This document shows, in pieces, positions 58,064 through 63,030 of a stretch of DNA of 63,030 nt. The DNA is taken from IMG/VR virus record IMGVR_UViG_3300012667_000266, positions 1 to 63,030 of that record. One strand, 5' to 3'. Origin of the DNA: a virus (lineage: Duplodnaviria > Caudoviricetes). The notes beneath the pieces were generated by a model. That model made no database searches. It was given only the letters and a program-made list of their open reading frames with translations, and had not been told where the DNA came from. Both the position numbers and the translations under genes were made by a program. Position 1 is the first letter of the stretch. Every line of letters begins with the position of its first letter.

Positions 58064-58735
58064 TCAAGTCACCTTCTGACGGAACTGGCCTGAGCGGTAG
58101 GCGTCTTGACGCTCCATACCATCACCCAGACGTTTAGCCAGTGCAAGAGCTTCCATGAACTTCTGGTTGTACAGCGTCATCATGTCGGTCTCGCCCTTCA
58201 TGTAGGTGTATGCTTCAACAAGCGATCCATACAACAGAACGGAGTCAAAGTTGTTACCTAACCAAGTCTCGCCATCTGCCGCAACAGTGATGGACTCGGG
58301 GTAGTAGTAATAGTGCAGCTCAACGGTGTAGTTGGCATCAGGCTTTGGACCCACCATAAAGGACAGGTTGTCCGAAATTGTTGAGCCGCTCACCGTAGGA
58401 CCAAAGATGGCGTAATACCGTGGCAGTCCGATGTCGGACGCGCTTGGGTAAGCCTGACGGATGAAGTTCACATCCTTGTTTAGCAAGTACTCGTAGTTAC
58501 CGTCGGCATCGACAACCGCCAAGGAGTACGTGGCCAGATAGTCTGGCGGAGCACTCAGATACGGCGTTGTGGTGGAGACCACGCCCGTCATGTTCTTGCG
58601 AATAGACGGGAACTGTACCGAGTTATAAATCCGCTGCTCCGCCTGCTGGACGAAGACAGGGATATTCGCTATGAAAGAAGTTTCATAGTTCTCTGTGTAG
58701 TCCTCGATGGCTTGCGTAAGTGCAGCGTAATCCAT
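58064..58735 (-). CDS. Head-tail adaptor/connector protein
   Basis: FVQQAEQRI...PRYYA...GPKPD...LLYGSLVEA. Confidence 0.7.
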   Translation of the reverse strand: MDYAALTQAIEDYTENYETSFIANIPVFVQQAEQRIYNSVQFPSIRKNMTGVVSTTTPYLSAPPDYLATYSLAVVDADGNYEYLLNKDVNFIRQAYPSASDIGLPRYYAIFGPTVSGSTISDNLSFMVGPKPDANYTVELHYYYYPESITVAADGETWLGNNFDSVLLYGSLVEAYTYMKGETDMMTLYNQKFMEALALAKRLGDGMERQDAYRSGQFRQKVT

Positions 58736-58736
58736 A

Positions 58737-58982
58737 TCAGGCCATTGGTCCTCGGGCCATTAGGCCCTTAGTAGCTGCGCCAGTACCGCGGATCTTGATG
58801 CCGTCAGTCTTGGTGCCCTTGTAGTCGTTGCTGTGGCTGTTGGCCACGGAGACGTTCATCTCGCGCATGTACTGTTTGTTGTCGCACTCGCCAGCCGCAA
58901 CACTTTTCGCAGTCACGGTCTTGCCGGACATTGTGTGTGGCTTTGCGTATGCAGAAGCAGGTTTGTTGTTGATCTTAGCCAT
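58737..58982 (-). CDS. Small basic protein
   Basis: Ends GIKIRGTGAATKG. Confidence 0.65.
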   Translation of the reverse strand: MAKINNKPASAYAKPHTMSGKTVTAKSVAAGECDNKQYMREMNVSVANSHSNDYKGTKTDGIKIRGTGAATKGLMARGPMA

Positions 58983-58984
58983 GA

Positions 58985-59167
58985 TTAGCCTTTCGACTTT
59001 TGATTGGCGATCTTGGCGCGGTTGCGGCCAAGTGTCAGCATCTCGCTATTGGTCTTACCGCCAGCGCGAAGTTTGGTAGGCTTCTTGCCGGGGTGCATGT
59101 TTTTCTCATGCTTGCCAACAGCAGCCTTAATCATCTTCTTGTCCTGAGCTAAATCTTTCTTGTCCAT
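58985..59167 (-). CDS. Small basic protein
   Basis: K-rich, KLRAGG motif, SD AAGGAG. Confidence 0.65.
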   Translation of the reverse strand: MDKKDLAQDKKMIKAAVGKHEKNMHPGKKPTKLRAGGKTNSEMLTLGRNRAKIANQKSKG

Positions 59168-59177
59168 GTGGGACTCC

Positions 59178-59567
59178 TTACGTCGTTGTAACCGTTACTG
59201 TACCAACTTCTGCTGCCATCACCAAGTTATTTGGTGTTAATACAGCATCAAAAAATCTAGCGCCCCCGACTGGATTCCAGCCCCATTGGAACACTCGACT
59301 ACCGCCACCGTACGAGCCGTCAGCTAAAAGCCCAGACTGGTAGTAAGTGGTGTCAGGTCGCGGATCACGCACCCCTTGCGGGTCGTCCACTGGGTACATG
59401 CCCAACTGGAGCTGCGGTTGATCGGGGTCCCAACACATACGGCAGACCAAGATATTGTAGTTCTTGGTCTTGATAATTTCTTTGCGAAGTTCGTGCAGCT
59501 TGAACTGAAATCCACAGCGATCGCATTCCGCGATACTGTTCTTGCCGGACGAAAATCTGTTTCCCAT
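59178..59567 (-). CDS. Zinc-finger neck-region protein
   Basis: CDRCG...CRMCWDPDQPQL. Confidence 0.7.
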   Translation of the reverse strand: MGNRFSSGKNSIAECDRCGFQFKLHELRKEIIKTKNYNILVCRMCWDPDQPQLQLGMYPVDDPQGVRDPRPDTTYYQSGLLADGSYGGGSRVFQWGWNPVGGARFFDAVLTPNNLVMAAEVGTVTVTTT

Positions 59568-60517
59568 TACGTACCGCTACCGATGAACATTTGACGTGGG
59601 ACGAAGCGAACCGCAGCGCGGTCTTGGTCTTCGTTGGCAGCATTTTGCCAAGCATCGTCGTATTGTTGTTTCAGGATGTCCAAGCGTGCAAGGCCATCAG
59701 GTACTTTGAGCGCCACGTAGTACGACAGGCCGGCCACCATACAAGGGACGAAACGGAAGGGCACGTCCATGACGTTCACACCACCGCCAGCATCCTGCAC
59801 TCGGCGCATACGCCAGTACACGAACTGGTACGTCTGTGAGCCATCAGGTGTGGGCCACACGGTGATGTTCTGCTTCTGAGAAATGTTGATCGCATCGCCC
59901 GCTGTGTGGGCTGCTGCGGTTGTCTCGCCTTGGCCACGGGTGCAGTTCAGCAAGTAAGCCGGGTTGCCGTTGGCCGCCACGCTAGTCTCGTTGAACCCGA
60001 TCAGTTCTGTACCAATCGTGATGAAGCCTGCTGTGGGGAAGCCGTCCAGCGTAGTCACTGGGATTGACGTTGTTGTCGCAGTAATAGCCGCTTGTAGAAC
60101 GGCATCGCTGACGTAGCTCTGTGCGTTCAAACGCGACACCAAGACTTGAATGGGGCGACCTTGCGTCAGTTTGTTTGGAATCGTTGCATACGTGGGCATG
60201 GCGATTCGCGTGATCGTAAGGTCGGATTGGTTGTTTGGCAGGTTTGCTTGGGTACGGATAACGTGATCCAACAAATCCACCGTGTCGTCTGGCAAAGCGT
60301 ATGTCGGCTGGCCTTGGACCAACGTAATCGTCTTTTGCTCAAACGTCCACATGTTGACGCCACGGTTCGCCCAGTCAGCAAACAGCAGGTTCAGGGACCG
60401 ACGAGCCGTGCGCAGGTCGTAACCCGTGCGCAGCTCAGAACCGGCACGCTCGAACGCCTCTTCGACGATCTCGGAGAGGTCAAGGTTAAAACCGGAGGTT
60501 CCTGATGTGACTGCCAT
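59567..60517 (-). CDS. Head completion / adaptor protein (P22 gp4-like)
   Basis: IVEEAFERAG...ARRSLNLLFADWANRG...VWPTPD...GLSYYVA. Confidence 0.65.
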   Translation of the reverse strand: MAVTSGTSGFNLDLSEIVEEAFERAGSELRTGYDLRTARRSLNLLFADWANRGVNMWTFEQKTITLVQGQPTYALPDDTVDLLDHVIRTQANLPNNQSDLTITRIAMPTYATIPNKLTQGRPIQVLVSRLNAQSYVSDAVLQAAITATTTSIPVTTLDGFPTAGFITIGTELIGFNETSVAANGNPAYLLNCTRGQGETTAAAHTAGDAINISQKQNITVWPTPDGSQTYQFVYWRMRRVQDAGGGVNVMDVPFRFVPCMVAGLSYYVALKVPDGLARLDILKQQYDDAWQNAANEDQDRAAVRFVPRQMFIGSGT

Positions 60518-60519
60518 GA

Positions 60520-60882
60520 TTAGTACATTTTCGCTTTACGTGCACCGCGAGCAATGCCCCAGCCTTTGACGGAGCCACCTTTTTTCTTGCCCTCGACGTC
60601 TTTGTCTTTCTTGGACGTCTTAGCTTCAGCTTCTTTTTCCGCATCTTTCTTGCGTACTTCGTCGTAAGCGTTTTGCTGGTCGTTGATCTTTTTAATGCCT
60701 GCGCCTGCACCCACCGTCAAAAACGGGATGCCTAAACCTGTTTTGAGCGTGTTCATGGCATCCTTGTCGGGATCAAACGCCTTCTTGCCTGACGACGTGT
60801 AACGGCCGCCTGCGCCGCCCATGCCTCCGGCTCCGCCTTCAAGAACCTGCTCGTCTAATCCGCGATTGAATTTTGGTGGCAT
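60520..60882 (-). CDS. Basic hypothetical protein
   Basis: Ends KKGGSVKGWGIARGAR. Confidence 0.65.
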   Translation of the reverse strand: MPPKFNRGLDEQVLEGGAGGMGGAGGRYTSSGKKAFDPDKDAMNTLKTGLGIPFLTVGAGAGIKKINDQQNAYDEVRKKDAEKEAEAKTSKKDKDVEGKKKGGSVKGWGIARGARKAKMY

Positions 60883-60890
60883 TTTTTACC

Positions 60891-61256
60891 TCAACACTTC
60901 CATGCCCGAAGGCTTTTGTTGATGCGGCTGTTCGGGTCTTTTTTGGCCTTCTCGCCGGTCAACTTTTTCTTCATCCCTTCCATGCGTGCACAGAAGGAGT
61001 CTCGACGGCTGCCGCCTTCGGGCTGTGGGGCCTTCAGACCGGGCTTGCCGGGGTTCGCTTTGTTGTAGGATGCACGTCCCTTGGCGTTCAAGCCGCCCTT
61101 CTCAGACTTGCCTTCCTTGCGCTGCCAAGCCGGAGACTTGACTTTGCCGCCGTCGGCAAACACCTCGACCTTGTTCGGATCGTCCTTGCGGTTGATCGTA
61201 CGGGCCTTCGGCATTTTGCTGGGGGAAATATCCCCCATACCGCGACTTGGGCGCAT
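60891..61256 (-). CDS. Basic protein with DUF6321-like C-terminal domain
   Basis: KSPAWQRKEGK..GGLNAKGR...SFCARM...SRINKSLRAWKC. Confidence 0.7.
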   Translation of the reverse strand: MRPSRGMGDISPSKMPKARTINRKDDPNKVEVFADGGKVKSPAWQRKEGKSEKGGLNAKGRASYNKANPGKPGLKAPQPEGGSRRDSFCARMEGMKKKLTGEKAKKDPNSRINKSLRAWKC

Positions 61257-61258
61257 GA

Positions 61259-61456
61259 TTACTTCTTGCCTTTGGCCATGCCGCCGCCGCACATGCCTTT
61301 GCCTGAGCCGACTTTAGTGCCGAGCACTTTGCCGCCAGCCATGCTAATCATTGTGCCTTTGGTCTTGCCCTTAGTAGCAATACCGTCACGGCTTGGAGCC
61401 GCAGTTTTAACTTTACCCATTTTGGCAGTCGTGATGCCGTTGTTCTTTGTAGCCAT
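61259..61456 (-). CDS. Small basic protein
   Basis: MATKNNG...RDGIATKGKTKG...MAGGK...MCGGGM. Confidence 0.65.
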   Translation of the reverse strand: MATKNNGITTAKMGKVKTAAPSRDGIATKGKTKGTMISMAGGKVLGTKVGSGKGMCGGGMAKGKK

Positions 61457-61505
61457 GATTTTCACCTTTGGTGGTTTTGTGGCTTTCGCCACGGTTGGGG
61501 AATCT

Positions 61506-61754
61506 TTACTTACCGAGGACGTGCTTGTTTTCCATAAGCCTGTCCAGTTTCTCATCCAGTCGATCAAGCCGGTCCAAGACGCGGTTAATGTCAGCGTGGA
61601 CTTCGGTTTTGGTGACGTACTCTTTCGCGACCTCTTCACGGGTGCGGTTGAGGAGGATCGTGACGCGCTTGAGTTCATCTGCTTTGTCCTTCAAAACCCA
61701 ACTCAACAGGCCGAAGCCTGCTGTGAGTACGATATTCCAGATCGTGTTGTCCAT
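61506..61754 (-). CDS. Small TM plus coiled-coil protein
   Basis: N-terminal TM, LLNRTREEVAKEYVTK...RLDEKLDRL. Confidence 0.7.
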   Translation of the reverse strand: MDNTIWNIVLTAGFGLLSWVLKDKADELKRVTILLNRTREEVAKEYVTKTEVHADINRVLDRLDRLDEKLDRLMENKHVLGK

Positions 61755-61755
61755 G

Positions 61756-62523
61756 TTAGGCATGGCCTGCGTCGTAGCTGTTGGCGATCAAGAAGCCTTC
61801 AGCAGCGATTGACACTGCGTACGTGTTCGCACTTGTCTTTGCTTGCAACTGGATGTCTGTCTTCTCTGCGAAAGGACGTGGCATCACGCGCTGAGCGTGG
61901 TAAGTGTTTGTGAACGGGGCTTGCTGTGTGTACGAGGTAACGCCAGCGGCGTTTGTGTTCTGGTTGCGGTACTGAACCCAGTCAGCGGAAGAACCGTTGG
62001 CAGATGTGTACGCGTCAACACGGCTCAGATAGAACGTGTAGCCCGCAGGGACCGTGTAGATCGCCATTTGCGTGCGGCCAATCGTAGGGTTGATCTGCGC
62101 GTAGGTAACACTGTTTGCGGTGTTCTTCAACGTGATGGTGCCAGTAGGGGTACCAGCCGTCACAAGCATACTGTTGATTCGCAAATAGGACTTGGTGGTA
62201 ACTGCAACAGTCGTACCGGTCAACGCAAGCGTCTCGGAAATCACGTTGTAGCTGGAGTCCAAACCGTTAATCAGAATCGTGGTGCCGGACAGGTCATCAC
62301 CTGTGTTCACGCTACTAGCCAAGTGCATGGTCGTAGCAGAACCGGGGTACGCATACGCACCAACAACTTCCCAAATAGGGATGTTTGTGGTTGTCACAGA
62401 CGCCTGAAAGCCGTAAATGTTGACCGTGCTGTGCTGACCAATCTGGCCGCGAGCGACTTGCAACTCGAACGGTTCGTAGGTTCCTTTTTGTGTCACCGAG
62501 GACACTTTGCCGTAATTGGCCAT
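61756..62523 (-). CDS. Virion structural protein
   Basis: T/S-rich beta protein, YTVPAGYTFYL; SD AAGGAG. Confidence 0.7.
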   Translation of the reverse strand: MANYGKVSSVTQKGTYEPFELQVARGQIGQHSTVNIYGFQASVTTTNIPIWEVVGAYAYPGSATTMHLASSVNTGDDLSGTTILINGLDSSYNVISETLALTGTTVAVTTKSYLRINSMLVTAGTPTGTITLKNTANSVTYAQINPTIGRTQMAIYTVPAGYTFYLSRVDAYTSANGSSADWVQYRNQNTNAAGVTSYTQQAPFTNTYHAQRVMPRPFAEKTDIQLQAKTSANTYAVSIAAEGFLIANSYDAGHA

Positions 62524-62542
62524 ATCAATCTCCTTGTTTAGT

Positions 62543-62558
62543 GGGGGCCGAAGCCCCC
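62543..62558 (-). other. UUCG tetraloop hairpin without U tract
   Basis: GGGGGC-TTCG-GCCCCC on the - strand. Confidence 0.65.
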
Positions 62559-62566
62559 GAGATCAA

Positions 62567-62968
62567 TTAAGCTGCAACAGCGCCGTTCAAAGCAACGATT
62601 GCCCAACCAGCAGCGGTGTAAACCAAGGTAGCTGACTCACCAACGCCAGTGAAGGTGATGGTAGAGAAACCGATTTTTGTGGTTGGTGTCAACACAGCGG
62701 AGCCGCCGTCAACAGTGTGCACAATGGTTTTCAATTGGCCAGCAGTACCGTTAGCCAAGGTCAAAGCCTGTGCGGAGCCGGTAGAGGTCAAAGAGGTAAT
62801 CATGTTGGTCACATCAACTGCGCCTGCGCCAGACAAAGCCTGAACGCCGCCAACGAGTGTGTTGCCAACAGAAGAAGTAACAGTGGTAACGCCAGTAGTA
62901 GCGTTAATCGAAATGGTTTGGAAGCCGTTTTGCGAACGTACGGGTCCGTTGAATGTTGTATTTGCCAT
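62567..62968 (-). CDS. Head-associated structural (decoration/fibre) protein
   Basis: MANTTFNGPVRSQNGF, T/G/A-rich; expected position just downstream of the missing capsid gene. Confidence 0.7.
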   Translation of the reverse strand: MANTTFNGPVRSQNGFQTISINATTGVTTVTSSVGNTLVGGVQALSGAGAVDVTNMITSLTSTGSAQALTLANGTAGQLKTIVHTVDGGSAVLTPTTKIGFSTITFTGVGESATLVYTAAGWAIVALNGAVAA

Positions 62969-63030
62969 GATATGTTCCTTACATGCAAGTTGAGGGCGTA
63001 GTCTGCATGTCGTCTGCTCGGTCAGTCATA

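Larger units (their letters stand above)
1..63030. mobile_element. Near-complete tailed phage genome (podovirus-like), circularly permuted
   Basis: Terminase, portal, scaffold, tail fibres, endolysin, PolA, helicase and primase are present in two opposed arms; no host housekeeping genes. Confidence 0.97.

Noticed and set aside
1-63030. tRNA, integrase or major capsid gene
   Set aside because: None was recognisable by eye. The capsid gene probably lies outside the window between the two ends; tRNAscan was not run.

Overview
This window is nearly the whole genome of a tailed dsDNA bacteriophage with a podovirus-like gene set: portal, P22/T7-like stabilisation or nozzle protein, ejection proteins, and no tape measure or sheath. 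It is circularly permuted and cut inside the head module. The major capsid gene is not visible and probably lies across the window ends. There are two opposed arms. The + strand early/middle arm (7363-31015) holds many small genes, an M28-like peptidase, DUF5664, HNH and VRR-NUC nucleases, a family A DNA polymerase, a Cas4-like nuclease, an SNF2 helicase, an SSB-like protein and a primase/DUF927 helicase. The - strand late arm holds the terminases, portal, GroES, scaffold, neck and tail genes, three paralogous beta-propeller fibres, a glycosyltransferase-methyltransferase fusion, lysis genes, ejection proteins and a ~2340-aa polyvalent protein. I saw no integrase, tRNA or CRISPR array. The best candidate for a new system is a ~110-nt + strand small RNA (about 6978-7090). 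It has its own predicted promoter, back to back with the terminase promoter, and its own terminator. It carries CCATTTGCTTCTCCT, the complement of the extended ribosome-binding motif AGGAGAA(A)GCAAATG used by many early/middle genes and not seen at the late starts I inspected, which suggests an RNA-based early-to-late translational switch. Other notable items are two families of palindromic operator-like sites, an origin-like inverted-repeat/AT-rich element, a modular tail-fibre adaptor cassette, and a recurrent [MYF/K]-x-x-GG motif in likely head-packaged proteins. All product calls come from motif recognition by eye, not database searches.
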